This document shows, piece by piece, positions 24,162 to 37,103 of a DNA stretch of 64,000 nucleotides. A program made the translations under genes and the position numbers. The notes beneath the pieces were generated by a model. That model was not told the origin of the DNA and did not search any database. It saw nothing but the letters and a program-made list of their open reading frames with translations. The stretch is from Yuukianura sp. NJ FZ-2021 (lineage: Eukaryota), in the NCBI GenBank assembly GCA_046563655.1, contig CM102283.1, positions 6,510,001 to 6,574,000 of the forward strand. Reading direction: 5' to 3'. Within the stretch, counting starts at the first letter, position 1, and every line of letters begins with the position of its first letter.

Positions 24162-24626
24162 AATTGCGTGAATAGTTCCAAATGGTTAGCTTTGTGAAAA
24201 TATTACAAACATAATCAAATTATTACAAAAATATTGTCGAAGTTCAATGTTTCTTTTGGGATTGGAAGTGTTTGAAAGTGAAGTTGATACGTTTTTTGAG
24301 AAAGTTCGGTAATCAGTTTGGGTTGTTCCGAATAACTATTACATATTTGACCCCGTTGCATACCCGTATATGATATTATGGCATTTTTTTATATGACCCT
24401 TTTGATATTATTATCACACCAAATATAAACAAGCAATGACAAATTATGGAAATAATTCGCAGATTTGAATACTATTTCATGTTTTATTTGCTTTTTTAAT
24501 TTTTTTTGAAAAAGTAGAATGTTTTGAGTATTTTTATTAGTATTGCATAAATTCATATTACATGTTCATGTAATTTTTTTTTGTGATCTTGAGTATGAAG
24601 TTGATGAAGGATTGAGATGTTGAAAT

Positions 24627-26306
24627 TCAGTGTTCGGCGGTCCCAATAAGCATTTGGTGCGCCACATTGCTGACATGACGAAAATAGTTTGGAGGGCGGA
24701 CGTTGCGAAGCGTTTGAAATGAGTCGATTTTGACATTGTCTCCTCCCCCTTGGTTACACCACGTCACGAATTCAGGCGAAACAAATTCTGGAAAATTCTC
24801 CATTCCCATTGCATTTACAGCTTCTCTTCGCATAATGAATTCATCTAGTGCAACCTGTGTAAGCGTCAGTTTTCGAGTTTCTGGAAACAAGTTCAGAAGC
24901 CAGTGAAGATGCATCTTTCCAAAAACAGTCACTGGGTTTTCATCTTGAATGAGCCAAGGAAGCAAACCGAGCGACACTTCGGTCAAATTCGGAAATTGCG
25001 ACGGTTCGATGACCTTGCCGAACAGTTCCGACGATCCAGTTGGAATAAATCCGGTAAGAGACAAAGTTTTCAAAGAAGATGGAAGTAGCAAGACGTCAAG
25101 CAATTTGACCCTCCGATTTTTATATTCTGAGCAAAGTGTCAGCTTCTTTAAGGCCAAACATGCTGCAAACCATGAACAACTGAATGAGCGATGAGTTGGT
25201 TCCTCATTCTCCATTGATCCAATTGTAATTTCCTCCATTGTGGCACAATTGTTTTTGACGATGTTTCCAATTTGTTCCAACTCTTCTTCATTTGTGTAGC
25301 AGATGACCAGATTCTTCATATTCAACTGTGTTGCAAAAATTTGCAAAACCAGTCCTGTACGTTGACGGTTCTCAGGACGAGACATTTTGAAACTAAACAA
25401 GCAAGAATCGAAAATTTGAAATCTCGGATTGGTCGAATTTGTGATGGCGGGAGAAGACTCTGAGGCGCCTGCGTATCGATGGAATCTGATGAAAAATGGT
25501 ACAGATTGAGCTGTACTGAAGAGTTCTTGAACCGTAATGAGTTGGAGGGATTGACATTGTTCGTCCACAATCCGTTTCATGACGGTGTTTGAGAAATCTC
25601 CGTCGGGCGGTTTCTCCAAAACTCCTGGGAAAAGCAGCCGCAAAACGTTTTCAATGTCGAATACTGCACTGAGCTTCAATTCTGTCAAGCAATTGAATTT
25701 CATCCGATGACAAACATGGTCAGTCACCAGTAGAAGGTCATGCCTGTCTCCAATTTTCGGCATTCCAATTTTCAATTTCGTCACCTCAAGCATGAGATCA
25801 TCAACTGAAATGTTGAAGTTTGGAAGAGTTCGGTAGTCGTCGAGTGAGACATAACTGATCGTGACAGATTGGACTTTACGACATCCGTCGAGGACGTTGA
25901 TGACATTGTACTCTGGAATGTTGCCGGTGATTTCCAGATTGTTGACACGAGACATGAACTGTCCAAATTCAGGAGAAAGGTAGATTGGAAACTGGACAGA
26001 ATTGAGTTTAAGATGGATTTTGGACACAGTAGTCATTTTGACAAAGGATTCCCAGTTGTGGTTGCCCATTTCCAACCGTGTTGGGTAGATAGAGTCGATG
26101 GCGTTGCGCCAGTAGGCGCAAACGGCTCGACTTCGCGCAAGGGCAGTAGCATCCAAATGTCCAAAGATGATATTGAGTAACTAAAAAGTTTAAATGGACG
26201 AATTAAACGTTAATTTTGTTGATTGTGGTTTAACAAGAAACGTTTGAATTACTTCTGGAGGTAGGTTATGGAAGTGTGTTTGTTGAATGTTGTCAGCAGT
26301 GGCCAT
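24627..26306 (-). CDS. F-box + LRR-like protein, paralog 2 (exons 26306-26253, 26180-24627; about 535 aa)
   Basis: Same exon structure and F-box as paralog 1; intact ORF. Confidence 0.85.
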
Positions 26307-26948
26307 TTTGAAATGATGTCCAAATCTATTGCAAAAAAAAAGTAGAAACTTTTTGTAAAATCTAAAATTTCAAATATCTATGAGTAATTACAAATTGGAA
26401 AAGATTTCAGCAACTCTTGAAACCATTTTTTACCAAATGCAAGTTCAAATTGACATCCAAAATGTTTCAAAAGTCAAAATTCAACTTTCGAGAGTCTTCC
26501 TTGAACGACTTTTGCCAGCAGATGCTCACGGAACGCTGAAATTGGTTTGAAAATTGTTGAAATTTTCTTAAAGGAATTAAATAAATTTCACACTTTGAAA
26601 CAGACAGCGGGTTTCCCGGGCGACGTATTTGATAATTTTGGTTATAATAATAATAATTATTATTATGATAGAATAATTTTAATTAAATCCAGAACCCTTT
26701 TTAAAAAATTTGCTAATCGGGATGCGACAAATTCAAATAAATGCTATTTTCCAGCAATTATAATTTTATGGCTTTTCTTCTAATTCATTTTTAAAAATAC
26801 AATTGCGTGAATAGTTCCAAATGGTTAGCTTGTGAAAATATTACAAACATAATCAAATTATTACAAAAATATTGTCGAAGTTCAATGTTTCTTTTGGGAT
26901 TGGAAGTGTGAAAGTGAAGTTGATACGTTTTTTGAGAAAGTTCGGTAA

Positions 26949-28912
26949 TCAGTTTGGGTTGTTCCGAATAACTATTTCGTAGACGTCTTCAGTAATACGA
27001 AACGTTTGTTCGGATTGGCTGTGTGAAACTGCAATCGATTCAATTTCATTTCCTCTCCCTCCACTGCGACACCAATCCAAAAATTCAGATGAAACAGGAT
27101 TAGAAACACTTTCCAGTCCAATTGCATTCACAATCCATTCTGATAAGATTTCCTCAGGATTGAAAGCCTTCAGCGTCAGATTTCGAATTTTTGAAAACGA
27201 GTTGCGAAGCCAATCGAACGTTGATTTTTCAAAAACGACAACTGGCGTTTCGTTTTGAAGAAGCCATGGAAGGTAGCTGAGCGACATTTGAGTCAAGTTC
27301 GGGTGATCTGGTGTTCCGGCGACATTGAGCCAATCTGATGGTCCAGTCGGAATAAATCCAGTAAGAGACAAGGTTTTCAAAGAAATCGGAAGTTGAAAAA
27401 AATCAAGCAATTTGACTTTGCGATTTTCAAAATTGGCAGACAGCGTCAGTTTTTCCAGTTTTGAACATGTTGCAAAAGTTTTGCAACTGAAGGTTCTGTA
27501 AGTTCCTTGCATAGGTTCAAATGAGCGAATTGTAATTTCTTCCAGAGTTGTAGCATTTTTACAGATGATGCTTTCAATTTGATCCAAATTTGCTTGGTTG
27601 AAGTAGTAAATCACAAGATTTTTCATTCTGGACTGCTTCTCATAAATTTGTAAAATCGTTTGAAGAAATTCAGGGTTGGGAGGATCCAGAATGTCCAGAG
27701 AAATCAAACATGACTTTAAAATCTGAGGCTGATGATTGAGGAAATACGGCGTTGTACAACGATAAAATGTGATGTAGGGTTTAGCCATTGAAAGCAGGAT
27801 GCCAAATTCATCGGTAAAAGTGATCCGTTCGAGTGATCGACTTTGTTTCGTCAAAATCAGGCCAATGACGTTGTTCTTGTAACCGATTGGCTTAGGCTCA
27901 TTCAAAACATCGGCGTAGATCCATCGCAAAATATTTTCGGTGTAAAAAACACGGCACACGGTTAGTTCCTTCAAACAATTTCTTTGGAGCAGGCGACCAA
28001 CATGATTAACCAGAGCAACAAATTCACGATCCATATAATCTAGACAAAGTTAAAAAGGTCAACTCAATTAGATCAACAGAACAAATTCAAATGTATCAAT
28101 TGAATACGTTTGGTCAACTGAAATGTGTCAACTGCAACTTTTAGGTCAACTGAAAATGTTTCGACAACAGCAAAATTCTACCAAAATCCAAATTATGTAG
28201 CGTTGTTTTAGGCCAAGTAAAGTGAATACGTTATGTTGATACAATTTGGGTGTTGATCAAACTAACCGTAAACCCAAATGTATTTGAAGCATTTGAGTTG
28301 ACACAATTACCGTTGCCACATTTGTGTTGATCAAAATCGTACCGTCATAGGGAAATCCAAGGTACAATTTGCTCAGTCGCAGCCGCGGTAGGTCCTCCGT
28401 TAAAGTATGTTCCTGGAGAGTCCGATAGTCGTCCATCGTCACATTGTTGATACACAACGAAGTAAGTTTACGACATTCGTTGAGAATGTTGACGACATTG
28501 TAAGCTGGAATGTATCCCGTGAGCTGTAGAATTCTCACACGAAACATGAAGTTTTTGAATTCTGGTGCGAGGTAGACCGGGAACTGTAAACTTTTCAGTT
28601 TGAGACAAATTCTGGATGCTGTTGAATGCTTGACGTAGGCTTCCCAGTTGAAGTTAGTCATTTCCAAGTAAGTATTGTAGCCAGATTGAATGATATTTCG
28701 CCAATAGCAGCAAACGCTTCGCATACGCGCCAGGTCAATGTCATCCATGTCGTCAAAAACCATATTCAGGAGCTAAACAAGTCACAGTTTGGCGCATAAA
28801 TTCAGAGTTAGCCGTTTCTAATTTCAACTCATTTAAACGTAAAAACAAACGTTTGAGATACCTCGGGAGGGAGATTATTGAAATTTAGTTGGACAGTAGC
28901 ATCAGTTTCCAT
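26949..28912 (-). CDS. Divergent F-box + LRR-like protein, paralog 3 (exons 28912-28862, 28772-28343, 28039-26949)
   Basis: METDATVQLNFNNLPPE|LLNMVFDDMDDIDLARMRSVCCYWR F-box. Shares QFPVYLAPEF, MKNLVIYY and SLKTLSLTGFIPTG with paralogs 1/2. A phase-1 GT-AG intron joins the two ORF-track pieces. Confidence 0.8.
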
Positions 28913-29350
28913 TTTAGTAGCGTCAGCGTCCAAGAATGCTAAATGAAAAAAAAAGTTACAATTTTTAGACGATTTTTGGAAAACAAGCCTCAAACAATTT
29001 TTTTGCCACATGGAATATATATGCATGTTTTAAGGCACTTACTGGATAGAAGTTTCAATTACAAAAATATATTCACAATGGATTTCAAGCAGGTAGGAGA
29101 AGCGAATCAGTCAATTACAAAAAAAGTCTTCGTTTTTGGACGATTGATGCTGATGCATGATGTGGAATTCAAGATTAAGTTGAAGATGCGGGTAATGAAC
29201 TGCAATTAAAAACGTATTTTTTTTTCTCAGAAGTTCAACAAACTTAGATTTTGAAATTTAGATTTCACCATAAACATAGTATCTCGTTGGCAACTCATTT
29301 CTTGTACCGTTTTTTATCAAAGTATTTTCAAAATTTCGGTTCTTCAAAAC

Positions 29351-30310
29351 CATCGAGTTACCAAGACAATTCGATTTTTTTTTCTTTTAACTAGAGTGGA
29401 CATAAGGCATTTTTTCAACAAAATTTTTGAAACATTTCTAGAGCGGATAAAAACCGCTTTCATCGCAATTTTAAGCCAGTTTCACACAAACTATGAACTG
29501 CAGGTGTCATTTTTTAAAATTTCGAAAATTACTCGCGAATTTACGAAAAAGGTAGAAGTAGGATTTTTTTTAGAAAAACTATCAACCCTAATCTTTGATT
29601 CTGGAAATTGTGACTAGTAGTGGTTAAGACTGCTAGACGTACATATTAACTTTAGATGTAGATAGTTAATTTAACGTTTAAATTTACTTTAGATGTGGTT
29701 AACTAAGTGAAACTATTTGGAATTAGAGATTTTATTTAACAGTAGAGTTTAAATTCGCGAACTGGAAATACTGCGTACCTAACATCATTGACCTCTGAAA
29801 ATCGACCCAACCCAACCCAACCCAACTATTGTTCGTAACACTTGCAACAAAACTGTAATTTTCAGAGGTCAATGATGTTAGGTACGCAGTATTTCCAGTT
29901 CGCGAATTTAAACTACTGTTAAATAAAATCTCCTCTAATTCCAAATAGTTTCACTTAGTTAACCACATCTAAAGTAAATTTAAACGTTAAATTAACTATC
30001 TACATCTAAAGTTAATATGTACGTCTAGCAGTCTTAACCGCTACTAGTCCCAATTTCCAGAACCAAAGATTAGGGTTGATAGTTTTTGTTAAAAAAAAAT
30101 CCTACTTCTACCTTTTTCGTAAATTCGCGAGTAATTTTCGAAATTTTAAAAAATGACACCTGCAGTTCATAGTTGTGTGAAACTGGCTTAAAATTGCGAT
30201 GAAAGCGGTTTTATCCGCTCTAGAAATGTTTCAAAAATTTTGTTGAAAAAATGCCTTATGTCCACTCTAGTTAAAAGAAAAAAAAATCGAATTGTCTTGG
30301 TAACTCGATG
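29351..30310. mobile_element. Foldback (long inverted repeat) DNA element, 960 bp, 8-bp TSD
   Basis: 29351-~29802 is the near-perfect reverse complement of ~29858-30310, with a ~55-bp spacer containing (CCCAA)4. TSD TTCAAAAC at 29343-29350 and 30311-30318; termini CATCGAG...CTCGATG. Confidence 0.92.
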
Positions 30311-30471
30311 TTCAAAACTACAAGGACTGCTGGGGGTAAAAATTCCGAAATAAGAAAATGCATGTTCCTCAGATGGGACAGATGCGATGATTTTTCATTT
30401 CAGTTTTAGTTTTCATCTACGTAACACAAAGATTCGTTGTTTAAAACTTGAAATAAAAAAAGGAACTTAGC

Positions 30472-31093
30472 ATGTGGAACCCCTGCTGCTGCTTCACTCC
30501 AAGAATTGGTTGTTTCATTTTTGGAGTTATGGATCTTGTACGCTCGTTTTGAAAATTTTTCAAAATTAAACCACCAAGATATTTAAACCAAAGAAAATTA
30601 AAAATCACAAATTTTGCAGGTTGTGGCTGCTTCAACAGTTTTATGGACTTTGGATCTTGTGACAGATTCTCCAGAAGAAGTGGAGAATTGGATTGAATTG
30701 ACATTTGCAATTTTCCTCGTTTTTGTTGCAATTCTCTTACTCGTTGCTACTTTTCAAGTAACTACTAAAAGAATTTAAACTGGCATAAGTACAACTAGTT
30801 TTCAGTAGATTTCCTTAATTTTTGAATTTTAAAAATTCCAAACTTTGTAGAATTCTTGCAACAAGTTACGCCTTTGGATTTTCTTGTGCCTCGTTTTGGT
30901 TCTTGCCTTTTTCACCTTGGAAATGCTAAAGATGTCCAAAATTATTCCCCGAAGTGGAGAACGATTCCGCGTCCTCTCTTCGTTTTTCGGAACAATTTGG
31001 TTCCTGTACCAAATGTGGGTCATCCATGCCTTCACTGTTCAACTCAACCAAGGTCCAAAAGCACTTAAGTACTGTCCTGTACAAATTGTTTAG
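30472..31093 (+). CDS. Small four-transmembrane protein with N-terminal Cys cluster (3 exons)
   Basis: MWNPCCCFTPRIGCFIFGVMDL|VVAASTVLW...IFLVFVAILLLVATFQ|NSCNKLRLWIFLCLVLVLAFF...IWFLYQMWVIHAF; GT-AG introns; four hydrophobic segments. Confidence 0.7.
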
Positions 31094-31648
31094 TGCAGAA
31101 TTAAAAAGGAGCATTTATGGAATAACTATGGAAAAGTCAATTCTTACTAATAAAAAAAACATTTTGTACTAATAAAGCAAAAAAAAAGTCTCTGCAATTA
31201 AGTTTTCGACTCATCATTTGCAATTGTTTGCAATTATTGAAAAAAATTGCAACAATTGACAGAGGAATTGTGTCAATTACTACTCGTGTCAATTAGACAA
31301 AGACTGGTGACCTTGAATTGTTTTATCGACTCAAAAAAATATGTCACCAAAGGAAACAAATTTATGCACGATTCCATTTGGTACTTAAGTGACAAAGAAA
31401 TATTTGGTCCATCAAAGGTACTTCTTAGTATCAAGCTTCAACAAATTGAAATTGAAAGTCATTCAGGACGCCACTTCCACTCAATTGAAATTGTATAAAA
31501 TACGAAAACTTTCAATTTTTCACTTTCAGTCTATGATTTCAGCCAGAAGATCAGCAGAAAATTTCAGCTAACCAGAAAAAAAAATCCAAAAATTTCACAA
31601 AAATTTACGTTTCGAGTATTTTGCATTCGGGGTTTTGGATTTTTGGAA

Positions 31649-32761
31649 ATGTCTTGCGCCAAAAGAAACATTGAAATCATCTACAAGGAAGTTCCCTGCG
31701 GAATTCCAATTCCCTCCAAAACTTTCGAAATTCGTCACGGATCAATCCAAATTGACAAAGTTACGTTGCAAGAAGGCGAAATCCTTGGAAGAACTTTGTG
31801 GGTGTCACTTGACCCTTGGCTGGGCCCTTCCCTACGTGACCCTGCAGCTAAGTCTCTCTTTCCAGCAGCAACTCTTGGCATGCCAATGGTTGGCCCTCTG
31901 GTGGTCGAAGTTATCAAAAGCAACAATCCGGAGTTTGACATTGGAGACGCCATTGTTGCCATGGGCAACTGGGCAGAATATGGGGTCATTGACCCCACAA
32001 AACCTCATGTCCATTTCTACACAATTCCGGATGCCAAGAACTCCAAGTTTCCACTTTCGTACTACGTCGGAGTTTTCGGATGGCCTGGATTCGCTGGTAA
32101 ATTTCGAAATTTCAAAATTCAAAATTTCTCAAACCTTAATGAATTTGTTTGTATAGCTTACGTTGGACTTGGAAAAATTTCTGAACCGATTGTTCCTGGT
32201 CAAACGCTGTATGTGACTGCTGCTGCTGGAGCTGTTGGCCAAGTTGTAGGTCAATACGGAAAGGCTCTTGGTCTCCGAGTCGTTGGATCAGCCGGAGATG
32301 ACCGAAAAGTGGACTACTTGCTGAATGACCTTGGATTTGACGCAGCCTTCAACTACAAAACAAATGACTTGGACTCCATGCTAACCGAAGTGTGTCCGCA
32401 GGGCATCGATATCTACTTTGACAACGTCGGTGGACGAACGCTGGACACTGTCATCAAACACTGCAATAACAAAGCACGCATTCCGCTATGCGGTGTCATT
32501 TCGCAGTATTACCGTGAAGACGACGTGGAGCCGCTGTACAACGTCAATTTCCTCAACACCAAAAATATTCGAATGGAGGGATTCATTGTGTCGGCGGAGG
32601 CAGTGGGATGCATACAACCATTTGCAGAGCTGATTGAACAAGGCAAGATGGTCATCAAAGAAGACATTACGGAAGGAATAGAGAATCTTCCAGAAGCATT
32701 TACGCGGATACTTGAAGGCAAAAATCTGGGAAAAGCGGTTGTTCACGTCGCAGATTTGTAA
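31649..32761 (+). CDS. NADP-dependent alkenal/prostaglandin reductase-like (MDR superfamily); intron 32097-32156
   Basis: Motifs VSLDP, AAAGAVG, LGFDAAFNYK, GIDIYFDNVGG, RIPLCGVISQY and GKNLGKAVV. Confidence 0.9.
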   Translation: MSCAKRNIEIIYKEVPCGIPIPSKTFEIRHGSIQIDKVTLQEGEILGRTLWVSLDPWLGPSLRDPAAKSLFPAATLGMPMVGPLVVEVIKSNNPEFDIGDAIVAMGNWAEYGVIDPTKPHVHFYTIPDAKNSKFPLSYYVGVFGWPGFAGKFRNFKIQNFSNLNEFVCIAYVGLGKISEPIVPGQTLYVTAAAGAVGQVVGQYGKALGLRVVGSAGDDRKVDYLLNDLGFDAAFNYKTNDLDSMLTEVCPQGIDIYFDNVGGRTLDTVIKHCNNKARIPLCGVISQYYREDDVEPLYNVNFLNTKNIRMEGFIVSAEAVGCIQPFAELIEQGKMVIKEDITEGIENLPEAFTRILEGKNLGKAVVHVADL

Positions 32762-33107
32762 TTCGCGGTTTTAATTTTTTTGATTGAGGTTGATTTTCCC
32801 GCTTTGGATTTTGAATTTACGACGAAATTTGAATTGGTCAAAAATAAAATTGAATAGCCACACTAACACATGCGACATTTTGGAATGAGGGGACAATATT
32901 TTCGTCAATTGGGAGACGAAATAGGATTGGCAATTAAGATTAAAGTTAAATGACTACTGTTAATTGCTGCAGTGACTTAACAATACTTAAGAGTTAATGA
33001 CAAAGATACCAGTGTGACATAAAAGGTAATTGATTCGGTCAGCATTTGTTTCAGAACTATTTCATCAAAGTAAAGGAAATTCGACGATTGTGCAGACGAC
33101 AACCACT

Positions 33108-33726
33108 ATGCAGGCACGTCTTTCAAAATTTCTGTTTCGAAATTAAGCTTAAATTAAAACTAATTTCAAATTTTTAATTTTCTCGATTTACTGCCTGCTA
33201 GGTTGCCTTCATCACCGCAGCGCTACTGATGTGTCTCGTCGGGGCAGTTCCGATGGAGCATGAAGTTGGATTCTTCGACCATGGGGGACTGCTGGACAAA
33301 ATGCGGGAAAGCATCATTGCTTTGAAAACAGGAGTACGACCGAATGGACCAGTGCCAGCAGCAACTCCTGGACATGCCGTAGTACCGCCTGCTCCAGTCC
33401 ATGGTCAACCATTAGCTCCAGCTCCAGTCCATGGTCAACCATTAGCACCAGCTCCAGTCCATGGTCAACCATTAGCTCCTGCTCCAGCGCATCCTGGAAG
33501 CCAACCTGGCGTAGCTCTTCCAAACAATGCTGGCAACATTCCAACAGCGACTGAAGCTCCCTCAACTGCTGGAGACGTAGCCGCGGCAGTTCCAGTGGAC
33601 AGTGCTGCTCCTGCAACCACGGCAAACGATGCAGCGGCAGTTCCGGCAACCAATGTTGACGCTGCAACAGCTCCGGCTACATCTAGTGGTGACAGTGCTG
33701 CTCCTGCGGATCCACATACACACTAA
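33108..33726 (+). CDS. Secreted Pro/Ala-rich low-complexity protein with 3x PAPVHGQPLA
   Basis: Signal peptide (MQ|VAFITAALLMCLVGA), 30-bp coding repeats and AATAAA shortly after the stop. The first exon is inferred via a GC donor. Confidence 0.7.
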
Positions 33727-33966
33727 ACGTCCTTGTTTCTGAAATAAATGCATAAGCATTCGTCCAGTTCATTACTACAATGTTTAATTGTTTTCTAAGA
33801 GGGTTAGCGCATGCAAGATATGATTCAAGCGTCTTCGAACATAATCTGTTACATAAGGGTTCAAGGTCAATGTGATTATGCTATCCTCCAAACCTCTTAA
33901 AAGCCGTCACATTCTGAATTGTTCCACTTCGAGTTCAGAAACCGTTTAACGTCCAGTGTTCCAGAA

Positions 33967-35259
<1,293 letters not shown>

Positions 35260-35380
35260 GAAACTTGTCATCAATTGTGTTTTGAACACAACGAGTAAAC
35301 ACGCTTGTGGTATTGAAATTTAAAACACTGAAACATAAAAATATAAAAACAATTTAATCAGGATAGAATCAGAATTAATT

Positions 35381-36284
35381 TCAGTCATAAGCTAACGGAT
35401 TTGCGTGAATAGTAACAGACTGGATACGAGTATCATTAATTGGTCTGTAATTCTTCGGATTGACTGACAGTTTCTCCAGTTCTTCCAGGGCTTCGAATCC
35501 ATCTATCAGCCTGAAAAAATTTCGCAAGTTATGCTTTTCTTGGATTTCCCAACTTATTGACCGCACTGACTTACTTTCCAAAAATAGTGTATTTGAGATC
35601 CAAGTGAGGTTGCGCGGAATAGGTGATGAAGAATTGGCTTCCGTTTGTATTTGGTCCATTGTTGGCCATCGAAACCACTCCTCTTGTGTTATGCTGGAAA
35701 AAAATAAAATGAGCTACTATACCACTGGCATTGACAAGAATTTGTCACTTCCTATGTGTGTGAATTAGTTTATAAAGTTTAACGCACACCTTCAATTCCT
35801 CCTTAAATTCGTCTGGAAATTTTTTGTTCCAAATGGACGTTCCTACATTTAAAGAACTGTCGTTTACTTATGGCATTGGCACATAGTTGATCGTTGTTTG
35901 CTGGAAAAGACACCTTACCCCCCTTGCCTGTTCCAGTTGGATCACCAGTCTGTTTATAGACAACACCAAATTAATTTTTTTTAATCACGTATTGGTACGT
36001 GCGTAAGAATAATTAAGATTATACCTGCACCATAAATCCCTTCATGTTACGATGGAAAATTGAACCGTTGTAGTAATCGCTGGCGCACAAGGCTAAAAAG
36101 TTCTCACAAGTTTTCGGACATATTTCACAGTGAAGCTCAATTTTCATGTCACCAACATCTGTGTGCAGTGTCACCGCCTGAAACAAAAAAAAACACAACT
36201 TCCCTTCAAAAACGTTCAGCTGTGTCTGAGACAGCGACACTGAAAGTTGGCATTCCTTAACAAGAATCAAAAATTACTTACCAT
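35381..36284 (-). CDS. PPIL3: Peptidyl-prolyl cis-trans isomerase-like 3 (cyclophilin)
   Basis: [39 protein letters not shown]...[22 protein letters not shown]...[15 protein letters not shown]...[11 protein letters not shown]. Confidence 0.93.
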
Positions 36285-37103
36285 CGCTTGCTCTTCTTCG
36301 GACGTAACTTCTGCTGGTCAAGAATACTGCCAGATTATGTAGTATATTTATTATTTAACGTTGTCCTACTGTATCTTAACTTATTATTTTATAAAGTTAA
36401 TTATTATAATTGCGAAATCGTATGGAATTTAAATTAAGTTTGTGAAAGGAATCACCTGTTTACCGTCTGTTTTTGTTTATGATTGTGTCCTTATTCATAG
36501 TTGAGAGAGGAAGTTTTTGAACAACCAAAATTTAAAAATGTAAACGCGGGAAACGAAATGCGGGGTTGTCAATTTTACGGCTTCCGACTTTTTTTCACAA
36601 TTTTTGTTGGCGTGTGCTTCGTAACCGTGGCAACAGTGCAGCTCATACGTGCTTGCAACGTTGCTTGAGTCGGTGGGTTGTGTGGTTTTACAAAAGAAAA
36701 AAAAGCGAACGAGGAGAGGAAGGGACGAGCAAAACGGCAGAGGGGCAGTACACGGTGTTTTGAATTTGCAAATTGTGCAAATTCTTGTTTCTTACTAGTC
36801 GGTCGCGGTCCTCGGTTCAGTTCGAAAGTGCTCTCAAAAAACGACATTGGACGGACTGACGTCGATAGAAACAACCTGAGACCGTTCTTCATCTTCACTC
36901 TGTGTGGATCCATTACTCGCTACTAACTGGGCTCCACATTCATCCTCCACTTAAAGTAAAATTGGTGAATTCCTCTTCCTCATTTGCTCATGTTCAATTA
37001 ATTAATGAATTTGTTTTGTTAGGTTCAATTTTTGTAAGTTAGTTTTTATTACGACATTCCTCACTAACCAGTCGACAAGATTACTCTGGGTGGAAAACGC
37101 AAA

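Larger units (their letters stand above)
16212..26976. repeat. Tandem duplication: unit A ~16212-24340 (expanded by insertions) and unit B ~24343-26976
   Basis: 16212-18528 aligns with 24343-26658 and 23812-24340 aligns with ~26664-26976. 24313-24340 is a copy of the last codons of paralog 3 (26949-26976). Confidence 0.9.
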
